The translations under genes and the position numbers were made by a program. A stretch of DNA of 64,000 bases from an uncultured Acidobacteriota bacterium (lineage in GTDB: Bacteria; Acidobacteriota; Thermoanaerobaculia; Multivoradales; SZUA-115), in contig CAWDVR010000002.1 in the NCBI GenBank assembly GCA_963805975.1, forward strand, positions 32,001 to 96,000. The letters run 5' to 3'. Within the stretch, counting starts at the first letter, position 1, and each line of letters starts with the position of its first letter. The notes beneath the pieces are model-generated. The model worked only from the letters and a program-made list of their open reading frames with translations, did not search any database and was not told where the DNA came from. Below are positions 29,498 to 38,582 of the stretch, one piece after another.

Positions 29498-30484
29498 TCA
29501 GCGCGGAGGCGAGGGTTCGGCGCCTGCCGGCGCCAACAGGTAGACCCCGAAGCGGCAGGCGCCGTCGGTCCAGGCCTCGGCAACGGCCAGCCCGGCCGCC
29601 GCGGCCATGCGGTCGACCTCACCCGGCGAGTACTTGCACGAGACTTCGGTCAGGATGCTCTCGCCGGCCGCGAAGGGGATGAGCTCCGCGCCCAGGCGCA
29701 CGGTCTGCGCCGTGAGGCTGTAGAGGCGCATCTCGATGCGGCCGTGCCGCTCGTCGTAGAGCGCGCGGTGGGCGAAGCGGTCCGGGCGGAAGTCGGTGCC
29801 CAGCTCCCGGTTGAGGCGGGTGAGGAGATTGAGGTTGAAGGCGGCGGTCACCCCTTCGCCGTCGTTGTAGGCGCGCTCGAGCACGGCCTTGTCCTTCTTG
29901 TGGTCGAGGCCGAGCACGATCCGGCCGCCGGGGCCGGCGATCTCCGCCATCCGTGCCAGGAAGCGGACCGCCTCGTGGGGGCGGAAGTTGCCCAGGGTCG
30001 AGCCGGGGAAGAAGATCACCCGCCGTGCCGCCTGCCGCCGCGGCGCCGGCACTGCGAAGGACTGCGTGTAGTCGGCGGCGAGCGGCAGCACCTCGAGCCA
30101 GGGAAGCCCACCGTGAATGGAAGCCACCGTCGCGGCGAGCGCCGCCGGCGAAACCTCGATCGGCACGTAGCCCACCGGGTCGGTGAGCGCCTGGAGCAGC
30201 AGCCGGGTCTTGCGACCGCTGCCGCTGCCGGGCTCGATCACCAGGCAGCCGGGACCGAGCTCGCCGGCGAGGTCCCCGGCATGGCGCTCGAGAACCTCGA
30301 GCTCGGCCCGCGTCAGGTAGTACTCGGGAAGCTCGGTGATCCTCTCGAAGAGCTCCGACCCGCGTTGGTCGTAGAAGTACTTGCTCGGCAGCTCCTTCTC
30401 GGGGCGCCGCAGGCCGTCGAGCACGTCGGCTTCGAGCACGTCGTCGATGGCGGGCGAAGCGGCCTGCTCGAGCGGGACGACCAT
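29498..30484 (-). CDS. egtD: L-histidine N-alpha-methyltransferase EgtD
   Basis: KELPSKYFYD, PEYYLTRAE, EPGSG, FPGSTLGN, AYNDGEGVTAAFNLN, TEVSCKY. Confidence 0.95.
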   Translation of the reverse strand: MVVPLEQAASPAIDDVLEADVLDGLRRPEKELPSKYFYDQRGSELFERITELPEYYLTRAELEVLERHAGDLAGELGPGCLVIEPGSGSGRKTRLLLQALTDPVGYVPIEVSPAALAATVASIHGGLPWLEVLPLAADYTQSFAVPAPRRQAARRVIFFPGSTLGNFRPHEAVRFLARMAEIAGPGGRIVLGLDHKKDKAVLERAYNDGEGVTAAFNLNLLTRLNRELGTDFRPDRFAHRALYDERHGRIEMRLYSLTAQTVRLGAELIPFAAGESILTEVSCKYSPGEVDRMAAAAGLAVAEAWTDGACRFGVYLLAPAGAEPSPPR

Positions 30485-31821
30485 CAGAGATCCTTTGCCA
30501 GCCGGATGCCGCTGAACTGCCAGCGCGCGGCCGGGGGGAAGAAGTTGCGGTAGGTGGGCCGCAGATGGCTCGCCGGAGTGGCACAGGAGCCGCCCCGCAG
30601 CACGAACTGGTTGCACATGAACTTGCCGTTGTACTCGCCGAGCGCACCGCTCGCCGGCCGGTAGCCGGGATAGGGCGAGTAGGGGCTCTGGGTCCACTCC
30701 CAGACGTCGCCGTAGAGCTGCCGCGGCCCGTCGTCCTTCCCGTTCCCCTGGCCGGCCGCGAGCGGCACGGGATGGAGCCGGAAGGAGTCGAGCAGGTTGC
30801 CGGCGAGCGGCGCCTCCCGAGCCACCACTTCCCATTCCGCTTCGCTCGGCAGGCGGGCCCCGGCCCAGCGCGCGTAGGCGTCGGCCTCGTAGAAGCTCAC
30901 GTGGCAAACCGGCTCGGCGCGCTCGACCGAGCGGCGGCCGGCCAGGGTCCACTGCCACCATTCGCCGTCCTGGCGCTGCCAGTAGAGCGGCGCCTCCCAG
31001 CCCTGCGTCGTGACCGCGTCCCAGCCGTCGGCGAGCCAGAGCTGGCTGGACGCGTAGCCGCCGTCCGCCATGAACTCCAGGTACTCGCCGTTCGTCACCA
31101 GGCGGTCGCCCAGGCCGAACGCCGGCAGGAGGAGCCGATGCCGCGGCCCTTCGTTGTCGAAGGCGAAGCCGGGGCCCTCGTGGCCGATCTCGTAGATCCC
31201 CTCGGGCCGGCCCGCGAAGCCGAGCGCGGACGGCGGCGGATGCGCCCCCTTGCCGTTGCTCTCCGCCAGAGGATGCGAGAGCTCGAGCGGGGAGAGCGAG
31301 AAGAGGTGCTTGAGGTCGGTGACGATCAGCTCCTGGTGCTGCTGCTCGTGGTGGAGGCCGAGCGTGAACACCGGCTCGATGGCCTCCCAGCGCTTCTCGT
31401 CGAGGAGCGCCAGGAGCTCGATCACGCCGTGGTCCACCGCCGCCCGGTAGCGATAGGTCTCCTCCACCGTGGGCCGCGACAGCAGGCCGCGCGCGGCGCG
31501 CGGCTGGCGCTTGCCCACGGCGTTGTAATAGGAGTTGAAGAGAAATCCGTACTGCTCGTGAAGCGGCCGGTGGTCCGGCCGCGCGGCGGCCAGGACGAAG
31601 GTCTCGAAGAACCAGGAAGTGTGCGCCAGGTGCCACTTCGCGGGGCTCGCGTCGGGCATCGACTGCACCACGCAGTCCTCGACGGCGAGCGGCCGGCAGA
31701 GGCGCTCGGTGGTCGAGCGCACCTCGCGAAAGCGCTCCACCGCGCGGCCCCGGCTGCGGGGGCTGCCGGTGGCGGAGATCTTGGGGGGCACGACCGGCGG
31801 CGGGACGGTCTCGGCGATCAT
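30484..31821 (-). CDS. egtB: Ergothioneine biosynthesis sulfoxide synthase EgtB
   Basis: QSMPDASPAKWHLAHTSWFFE, FNSYY, HHEQQHQEL, FGE-sulfatase domain, GEYNGKFM. Confidence 0.95.
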   Translation of the reverse strand: MIAETVPPPVVPPKISATGSPRSRGRAVERFREVRSTTERLCRPLAVEDCVVQSMPDASPAKWHLAHTSWFFETFVLAAARPDHRPLHEQYGFLFNSYYNAVGKRQPRAARGLLSRPTVEETYRYRAAVDHGVIELLALLDEKRWEAIEPVFTLGLHHEQQHQELIVTDLKHLFSLSPLELSHPLAESNGKGAHPPPSALGFAGRPEGIYEIGHEGPGFAFDNEGPRHRLLLPAFGLGDRLVTNGEYLEFMADGGYASSQLWLADGWDAVTTQGWEAPLYWQRQDGEWWQWTLAGRRSVERAEPVCHVSFYEADAYARWAGARLPSEAEWEVVAREAPLAGNLLDSFRLHPVPLAAGQGNGKDDGPRQLYGDVWEWTQSPYSPYPGYRPASGALGEYNGKFMCNQFVLRGGSCATPASHLRPTYRNFFPPAARWQFSGIRLAKDL

Positions 31822-32514
31822 CGCTTCTCGTTCTTTCCTTCGGTGCGGATCTCTCGTGCCTTGATGATATAGCGCAGTGGTGCCGGTCCCACGTAGTTGA
31901 AGGGGTAGCAGGTGATCAGGGTGAGCGAAGGACGCGGACCGGGTTCGAGCACGGCGGTCTCGTGCGGCTGGACGATGCTGAGCTTCTCGATCGCGTACTC
32001 GAAGCGGCCGTCGGCGGTGGTGAGGAAGATCCGGTCGTCGAGCCCCAGCCCCTTCAGGCCGCGAAAGATCGTGTCGCGGTGACCCGCCAGCGCCACGTTG
32101 CCGGCCTCGCCGGGAAACGCAGTCTCCGGCAGGTGGCCGACGGCGCGCCGCAGGGTGGTGGTGTCCACGCCCTCGGCGACGATCGTTTCGATGTCTGCCT
32201 TGGGGATCTCCAGGCGTCCGATCAGGCCCTCCGCGGCGGCGCTGGCGCGAGCACCGCTTGCTACTCTCTCGCTGGCTGCACGCTTCTTGGTTTCCAGGCC
32301 CGCCTCCCAGCCCGGTGGCTTCTAGCATTGATGCGAGGCGGCTCTCCTGCAGGCGCTCGAAGGCAAAGCGATCGAGCGATACGTACCCCACGTAGCCGAA
32401 AGACACCAAGGCGACCAGGAGCAACGCCGCTTGCAGCGAGTGGGCGAAGCTCCTGGCCGTCTTCGTGTCGAGCGCCCCTCCGTACCGGAGGGCCGGTGGC
32501 TGCGAGGGGCGCAT
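31818..32514 (-). pseudogene. Class D sortase with a frameshift between the TM anchor and the catalytic domain
   Basis: Catalytic part GLIGRLEIP...AGHRDT...TLITCYPF...LRY is in one frame, bounded upstream by TAG at 32322-32324; the TM anchor is in another frame. Confidence 0.75.
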
Positions 32515-32544
32515 GGGGTTATCGATCAAACCTCGAACCACGGG

Positions 32545-33054
32545 TTACGAACGGCGCGCCGCACGGAGGCCGACGGCACCGCCCAGAGCCAGCAAGCCGA
32601 TCAGGCCCACCAGGGCCTCGGGGCTCGCGGTCTGCGGCAGCGTACGAGCATACTGGTCGTTATCGGTATCGTCGACATCGTCGTTCATCGCCGTGGCGCT
32701 CGGAGCCGGCGCAGGGTACGACGTCGGCGGAGTCAAAGGCTGCTCGGCCATCGCGGAGGCAGCAGGGGCAATCTTCGCCGCGTGGAACGTGCCGTTGGCG
32801 AGCGCATGGTAGTCGACCGTCACCCGGTCGCCGACCTTGAGATCGGTCGCCGGCTTGGTGGTCATCGAGTCGATGGCCAGCGTCATCCGCGGGTCACTGT
32901 CGGACTGGAGGACCAGCGACGACGGCGACCACGAGAGCACCTTGCCGGTGGTGGTCAACGTCGGGCCCATGCTCGTCGAATCAGTCTGCGCCCAAGCCGA
33001 GACCGCACAGGCGGCGGCCAGAACGCACATGAGAGCGATGCTGTAGCGCTTCAT
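32545..33054 (-). CDS. Sortase substrate with LPQTA sorting signal (OB-fold/DUF5666-like domain)
   Basis: Signal peptide; LPQTA-SPEALVGLIGLLALGGAVGL-RAARRS; AAGGAG RBS. Confidence 0.85.
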   Translation of the reverse strand: MKRYSIALMCVLAAACAVSAWAQTDSTSMGPTLTTTGKVLSWSPSSLVLQSDSDPRMTLAIDSMTTKPATDLKVGDRVTVDYHALANGTFHAAKIAPAASAMAEQPLTPPTSYPAPAPSATAMNDDVDDTDNDQYARTLPQTASPEALVGLIGLLALGGAVGLRAARRS

Positions 33055-33202
33055 GATGTCTCTCCTTGGAGTAGTTGTCGGTGAAGTGGCCGCCTCTTGG
33101 CGCGCGGCCGAAGACCTATATTTCGAAGCTGAGCTTTGCACTCCTCGACCCGGGCGACTGGAGGCTTCGGCAACAGCGCTTCTCATCATGGACCACCGAA
33201 AG

Positions 33203-33218
33203 TGCAACCTCCGTTCCA
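33203..33218 (-). promoter_or_regulatory. sigma54 -24/-12 promoter (LPQTA-sortase-egtBD operon)
   Basis: TGGAACG-GAGG-TTGCA. Confidence 0.65.
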
Positions 33219-33290
33219 CGGAAGTAGCCTGACGAACGGCAACGATTCCGGGAGGTTTGGCGCCTTTCGGTGGCTGGAGGAGAAGCTTTT

Positions 33291-35366
33291 TCAGGGCCGG
33301 CCGGCAACCGGTGCCGAGCCGGCAGCGCGTCGGGCCCGGAGCCGCAGCTCGACGCCGGCACGTGCCGCGAAGCCCGGTGCCGGGAAGTAGAACGGCACGT
33401 TGGCGCCGGTCGCGTCCGGCAGCGCGTAGCCGAGCGGGGCATAGCGCTCGTTGGTGAGGTTGAGCAGGTCGAGACGGAGCCGGGAACGGCCCAGGGTTCG
33501 CGCCAGCCGCAGGTCCCAGACCAGGGCGTCGGAGAGCGGCAGCAGATTGGCGTCGTCCAACCAGCGGTCCGCGTACCAGCTTCCAGAGATCTCGGCCCCG
33601 ACCCCTCCCGGCAGGTCGAGCCCGGCGCCGGCGCGCAGCACGTGGCGCGGGATGTTCTTGAGCTGCCGGCCGCGCGCCGGGCCCGAGCGCTGTCCGGCCT
33701 GGGTCCAGGTGTAGGCGAGCCGCGGCCGCACGGGGCTGCCGGCGAAGAGTGACGCCGCGGCCTCCACTCCCTGGTGGAGGCTCCCCTCGAGGTTGCCGTA
33801 GCGGAAGGTGGCGGGATCGAAGTCGATCTCGTCTTCGACGGCGGTGCGGTAGGCCACCAGCTCGAAGCGGTGCGCGGCCGTGGTACCGCGCAAGCCGGCT
33901 TCGATCGAGCGCGCCCGCTGCGGCTCGATGTCGGGGTTCGAGATCACGAAGCTGCCGCCCGTGAAGTCGGGGAACGGCCGCGGATCGAAGAGCTGGTCGA
34001 CCGTGGCCGCCTTGAAGGCGCGCGACACCTGGACAAAGCCGACGAGCGAGCCGGGCGCGGCCGGATCGCGGCCGAGGTCCACGGTCAGACCGATGCGCGG
34101 CGAGAGGGCGTCGTGCTCCACCGTCTCGCCGCCACGCTGCCGGTCGCGGATCGAGTCCCAGCGCAGGCCGGTCGCCAGCCGCAGGCGGGGCGAAAGCTGC
34201 CAGGCGTGGGCGAGAAACCCGGCGAGGCGCTCGCGCCGGGCGTCGGCCGCCGCCACCTCTTCACCCGTGGCACCGGCGGCGCCGACCTCGCGGTAGGTGG
34301 TGTCCAACCCATCGGCCGCGAGCTCGAGACCGGCCCGCAGATGGCTGTCGCGCCCGGCGAGCGTGAATCGGCGCTCCCCTTCGAGCGAGGCACCGGCCGA
34401 TTCCGTGTCGAGGGAGCGCAGCTTGCGATCCCCCAGGCCGGGGACGAGCAACAGGGTGCGAAGCAGCTTCGTCTCCCGGCGCGAGGCCCAGAGCGCGGCG
34501 CGCCAGGGGTGACGCTCGCCGAGGTCGAAGCGCAGCGCGGCCCGCTGCCGCTCCGTGTCCTCGCGGTCGAAGCGGAAGAGCGGGTCCGAGCCCGAGCGGT
34601 CCCGTACCAGCTCGGTAGCTGTCAGAGGTCCGGGCTCCTCGCGGTCACGGCTGCTCGCCGTGGCGTCGAAGCGCCAGCTCCCCGCCGCGAGCGGTCCGTA
34701 CGCGGCGAGATCGAGGCTCCCCTCGTCGCTCGCCGACTGGCTGCGGAAGCCGTCCGTGTGGAGCGCCGAGCCTGCCAGCCGCAGCCCGCCGCGCCCCAGC
34801 GCCACGCTTCGACCCAGGTCTGCCGAGGCGGTGCCGAAGCTGCCCCCGGCGAGGGCCAGCCGGCCGGCGCCGTCCTCCTCGGGCGCGAGGCGGGTGGTGA
34901 CGTCGACCACACCCCCGAGCGCCGTATCGCCGTAGAAGGCCGAGGCCGAGCCGCGCAGCACCTCTACGCGCTCGACGCCCTCGGCGCGCACGCGCCGCCA
35001 GTCCGCAACCCCGGACTCGGCGTCCGCCGCGGGAATGCCGTCGACGCGGAGCTGCAGGTACTCCGCTTCCCCGGCGCCGAAGAAGCCGCGGGCGACGATC
35101 ATCGGCACGCCGCCGGCGCTCTGCGGGAAGAGGACGACGAGGCCCGGGACGAAGTCCAGCAGCTCGGCGAGGTTCTCGGCCGGGAAGGCCGAGATCGCCT
35201 CGCGATCGAGCACCGAGACCGCGGCGGGCACCAGCGAGAGAGGCTCCGCGCCCCGCTCGGCGACTACGACGATGGTGTCGGGAACGCGCAGCGCCGGCGC
35301 CTCGGCCTGGGCGGCGGGCGGGGCGTGCGCGAACAGCAGGCGGAAAGCCAGCCAGACGCCGATCAT
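33291..35366 (-). CDS. TonB-dependent receptor
   Basis: VEVLRGSASAFYGDTALGGVV plug motif; SNPDIEPQ; DLLNLTNERY. Confidence 0.9.
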   Translation of the reverse strand: MIGVWLAFRLLFAHAPPAAQAEAPALRVPDTIVVVAERGAEPLSLVPAAVSVLDREAISAFPAENLAELLDFVPGLVVLFPQSAGGVPMIVARGFFGAGEAEYLQLRVDGIPAADAESGVADWRRVRAEGVERVEVLRGSASAFYGDTALGGVVDVTTRLAPEEDGAGRLALAGGSFGTASADLGRSVALGRGGLRLAGSALHTDGFRSQSASDEGSLDLAAYGPLAAGSWRFDATASSRDREEPGPLTATELVRDRSGSDPLFRFDREDTERQRAALRFDLGERHPWRAALWASRRETKLLRTLLLVPGLGDRKLRSLDTESAGASLEGERRFTLAGRDSHLRAGLELAADGLDTTYREVGAAGATGEEVAAADARRERLAGFLAHAWQLSPRLRLATGLRWDSIRDRQRGGETVEHDALSPRIGLTVDLGRDPAAPGSLVGFVQVSRAFKAATVDQLFDPRPFPDFTGGSFVISNPDIEPQRARSIEAGLRGTTAAHRFELVAYRTAVEDEIDFDPATFRYGNLEGSLHQGVEAAASLFAGSPVRPRLAYTWTQAGQRSGPARGRQLKNIPRHVLRAGAGLDLPGGVGAEISGSWYADRWLDDANLLPLSDALVWDLRLARTLGRSRLRLDLLNLTNERYAPLGYALPDATGANVPFYFPAPGFAARAGVELRLRARRAAGSAPVAGRP

Positions 35367-35404
35367 CCTCAGGGGATCATAGTCGGGCGATCATGGCCCG
35401 GCGG

Positions 35405-36958
35405 TCATGGCAGCGGCTCGATGCGGAACACCTTTCCCGTCTTGGGCATCACCTCGGCCGCCTTGGCGGTGGGCTCGAAGACGCCGAAGTCGAGCACGTA
35501 GACCAGCCCGTCCGGCCCGACCTTGACGTCGACCGGGCGCTCCAGGCCGTCCTCGAGGTCGAGGCGCGAGGCGGGCTGGCTCGCCCCCGCGCCCCGGTTG
35601 CGCACGAACACCTCGCGCCGGCCGCTCGCGAGGTCCACGGCCTCGACCTGGAAGCCGGCGCGCAGGTCCGGGTTGACCGGGTCCGTGTTGGGCCGGAAGT
35701 CACCCATCTCCGAGATCAGGAGCCGGCCGGCCCAGCGCGCGAAAGGGCCGCCGGGCGGCACCACCGTCATGCCGCCGAGCGCGGCGTGCGGATCGGTGGT
35801 GGCCACCAGCAGGCCACGGTCCGGCGGCGCCAGGCCGCTCGCCCGTTGGTCGATCACCGGCAGCAGCAGATCCTGGCCCGGCGGGAAGAACTTGGCCGGC
35901 GCGCGGTAGCGAGGGTCGGAGACGGGTACCAGGGCCGCCGAGTAGTCCGGCCAGCCGTACCAGGCGCCCTCGCGCAGGCGATAGATGGCGTCCGGATCGT
36001 CGAGCACCGGACGGGTGCCGCGGATGTCCGCGCCGTGCATGCCGATGAGCAGGGGGCCGGCCGGGTCCCAGGCCAGGGCCACGGGGTTGCGGAAGCCCCA
36101 GGCCAATAGGTCCGGCGTAGCGGCCCCCGATCGCAGCCGATACACGGCGCTGGTACACGGCACTTTGCCTGCCACCTGGCGCTCGACCGGCGCGCCATAG
36201 GCGGCGAAGGCACCGGTCACCGCGCGGTCGTCCTTCTCGTCAGTGAGCGCGTTGTCGTCGGGGAAGGAAGCGCCCGTCAGGGTCAGGTCGCGGCAGGGCA
36301 CGTCGTGCACCGCGGGGCGCTTCGCGAGCCATTTGCCGTTCACCGGGTCGTGGCTCGACACCACTCCCGAGTTGGTGGCGCTGCCGAGTCCGAAATAGAG
36401 GTTGCCGGCGGCGTCGAAGAGCAGGTAGTTGACGGCGTGGTCGCCGTTGCCCGGCAGGTCGCGCAGCACCGCCTCGACGGCGCCGCCCGCCGGCCGCACG
36501 CGGCTGATGCCCCAGGTGCCGTCCTTCTCCTCGTGCGAGAAGTAGAGCCAGCCGTCGTGGAACTCGAGGCCGATCGCCTGCCCGCCGGTCGGCGCCCGAT
36601 CGCCTTCGAGCGGGATCTCCTCCGGCTCGCCGGCGTCGTTGACGCGCAGGATCCGCGGCTCGAGCAGCGGCACCGGCACGGTGTGCGACTCGAGGACGTA
36701 GAGCCGGCCAGTGTCGTCGAAGGTGATCGAGCTCGGATAGTTGAGGCCCGCGACCAGCCGCACGGCCCGGAAGCCGGCCGGCGTCTCGATGTCCGTCACC
36801 ACCTTGGGCTCGGCGCCGTGGGTCGCGGCCTGATCGAGCGACTGCGTGGCGAGCGTTCCACCCTTGCATGCGGTGAGCAGCAGCAGCCAGCCCACGGCGA
36901 CGCCGATGGCGAGCCGGGGGCTGCGTTTCAGGTCACGCGCCTTGACACGGAACTTCAT
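35405..36958 (-). CDS. Glucose/sorbosone dehydrogenase-family (PQQ-dependent sugar dehydrogenase) lipoprotein
   Basis: Lipobox LTAC; GLNYP, GSATNSG, WGFRNP, WYGWPD, RPVDVKVGPDG. Confidence 0.82.
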   Translation of the reverse strand: MKFRVKARDLKRSPRLAIGVAVGWLLLLTACKGGTLATQSLDQAATHGAEPKVVTDIETPAGFRAVRLVAGLNYPSSITFDDTGRLYVLESHTVPVPLLEPRILRVNDAGEPEEIPLEGDRAPTGGQAIGLEFHDGWLYFSHEEKDGTWGISRVRPAGGAVEAVLRDLPGNGDHAVNYLLFDAAGNLYFGLGSATNSGVVSSHDPVNGKWLAKRPAVHDVPCRDLTLTGASFPDDNALTDEKDDRAVTGAFAAYGAPVERQVAGKVPCTSAVYRLRSGAATPDLLAWGFRNPVALAWDPAGPLLIGMHGADIRGTRPVLDDPDAIYRLREGAWYGWPDYSAALVPVSDPRYRAPAKFFPPGQDLLLPVIDQRASGLAPPDRGLLVATTDPHAALGGMTVVPPGGPFARWAGRLLISEMGDFRPNTDPVNPDLRAGFQVEAVDLASGRREVFVRNRGAGASQPASRLDLEDGLERPVDVKVGPDGLVYVLDFGVFEPTAKAAEVMPKTGKVFRIEPLP

Positions 36959-37446
36959 GGCGCGGGCTCCCGGCGACCGATCTCGGTGGCCTCGGGGTCG
37001 GCGTTCTCGAGCACGCCGATCTTGTGCTCGAAGACCATCTTGCCTCCCAGCCATCCCGAGGCGAGGAGCAACGCCGTCGCCACCAGCGCCAGGCCCATGG
37101 CGAGCGTCCACCGCGAGCCGGTGAATGCGCCGCCATTCCAGCGCAGCGCCAGGCTGGCGGCGAAGAGCGCCACCACCGTGAGGTTGAGAACCATGTGCAG
37201 GGTGGCGAGCCGCCGGCCGCGGGCGCTCATCTTCACCCCGAAGTAGTCCGCGAAGCCGGCCAGGGCGGCGAGCAGGGCCGAGACCACCCCCACCAGGATG
37301 GCGACGCGAGAGATCTCGTACCAGCTCGCGTTTTGGGTCTGGTAGTACGCGCAGTCAGCGATCACCGCCAGGATGAAGGCGCCGATCGGCACGGTGACCA
37401 AGAAGGGATGGATCGGATGCCCTCCGATCGCGGCGCGGCTTCTCAT
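36955..37446 (-). CDS. DUF2231 membrane protein
   Basis: HPIHPFLVTVPIG...GWLGGKMVFEHKIGV. Confidence 0.88.
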   Translation of the reverse strand: MRSRAAIGGHPIHPFLVTVPIGAFILAVIADCAYYQTQNASWYEISRVAILVGVVSALLAALAGFADYFGVKMSARGRRLATLHMVLNLTVVALFAASLALRWNGGAFTGSRWTLAMGLALVATALLLASGWLGGKMVFEHKIGVLENADPEATEIGRREPAP

Positions 37447-37494
37447 ATCTCCACCTCCCGAGCCGGAGCGAGCTCCGCTCACCTGCGGGTTTCT

Positions 37495-38073
37495 CTACAT
37501 CGCGGTTCTCAGCACGCTGATCTTTTCGGCTTCGGCCGGCAGGGCCTGCCCGGCCGTCACCGGCAAACGCCAGGCGATCAGGCCGATTGCCATCACCAGC
37601 AAGAGGAGCACGGGAGCGAGCTCCCAGCGGCGGGCCTGGTCGCGGCGCGGTGCGCGTCCCAGGGCGAAGAGCAGGCAGAAGGTGAGGAGCACGAGGAGAC
37701 CGACTTGGAGCACCGGCGCGAGGCGAGACTCGAAGCCCGCCTGGTCGCCGAGGAGAACAGGCACCAAGAGACCGAGAGCGACCGGCAGCACGAAGAGCGT
37801 GCCGGCACCGAGCAGGAACGCGAGGCGGCGCGGAGCCTGGAGAAAGCGCACACCGCCGTAGGCCACCACCGCGGCGGCCCCGGCGCCGAAGCCGCAGGCG
37901 AGAGCCAGGCCTCGCCACATGGGAACCAGCGCCTCCGCCTCGTGGGCCAGGGTCCAGGTGAGCGCGAGCGTACATGCGACCCAGGCTCCCAGCCCGACCT
38001 TGAGCAGGCGCAAGGTCTCCCGATTCCAGAACAGATGCAGTGCAGCCACTCGCAACGGATGGGGCTCTCGCAT
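37495..38073 (-). CDS. Hypothetical membrane protein (about 5 TM)
   Basis: Hydrophobic segments; GGAGG RBS. Confidence 0.55.
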   Translation of the reverse strand: MREPHPLRVAALHLFWNRETLRLLKVGLGAWVACTLALTWTLAHEAEALVPMWRGLALACGFGAGAAAVVAYGGVRFLQAPRRLAFLLGAGTLFVLPVALGLLVPVLLGDQAGFESRLAPVLQVGLLVLLTFCLLFALGRAPRRDQARRWELAPVLLLLVMAIGLIAWRLPVTAGQALPAEAEKISVLRTAM

Positions 38074-38138
38074 CGCCTCCACCTCCTCCCAAGCTCAAAT
38101 TTTCAAGTTTCAAACGACTCGGATCGAAAGCTCGAGAG

Positions 38139-38154
38139 AGCAAGGCATGTGCCA
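38139..38154 (-). promoter_or_regulatory. sigma54 -24/-12 promoter
   Basis: TGGCACA-TGCC-TTGCT. Confidence 0.72.
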
Positions 38155-38243
38155 TGGAGATCGGAGACAGACGCCAGCACCGCCCTCTCCGGGCATGCAC
38201 CCCTTGCCGCCGGGGAAATCTTGGACGGAAAGAACTGCCATGC

Positions 38244-38477
38244 CTACGCCCGATCCTGGAGACGGCTTTCGCCGGAGGACTTCGCGCAGTGGTTGCAGCA
38301 GTAGAGCGTGCCGTCCGCCTCCAGGCCGTGGCCGATGATCCGGCAGCCGCAGTGCGAACAGACCGGCGCCAGCATGTGGATGGCGCACTCGAAGCTGTCG
38401 AAGGTGAGGGTGGTATCGGCCATCGTTACCTGGAAGGCCTTGTCGTAGTCGTTGCCGCAAAGCGCACAGCGTGCCAT
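38244..38477 (-). CDS. Small Cys-rich metallothionein-like protein
   Basis: CxxCGNDYDKAF...FDSFECAIH...CxHCGC...HG...CCxHC; AAGGAGG RBS. Confidence 0.8.
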   Translation of the reverse strand: MARCALCGNDYDKAFQVTMADTTLTFDSFECAIHMLAPVCSHCGCRIIGHGLEADGTLYCCNHCAKSSGESRLQDRA

Positions 38478-38525
38478 GCATGCCTCCTTTTGCGTTTCGT
38501 CTTGTGTTTCGTTCCCGCCCGGCGG

Positions 38526-38567
38526 TGCAAGAGAGTTGCCCGCTGCCCGCGCGGCACGGCAATTGCC
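38526..38567. promoter_or_regulatory. Divergent pair of sigma54 promoters
   Basis: Minus strand GGGCAAC-TCTC-TTGCA (38526-38541); plus strand CGGCACG-GCAA-TTGCC (38552-38567). Confidence 0.6.
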
Positions 38568-38582
38568 TGGCCTCACCCGCTC

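Noticed and set aside
30484-32541. 685-aa membrane-anchored EgtB
   Set aside because: The extension is the sortase anchor plus out-of-frame sortase sequence. EgtB has its own coupled ATG at 31821.
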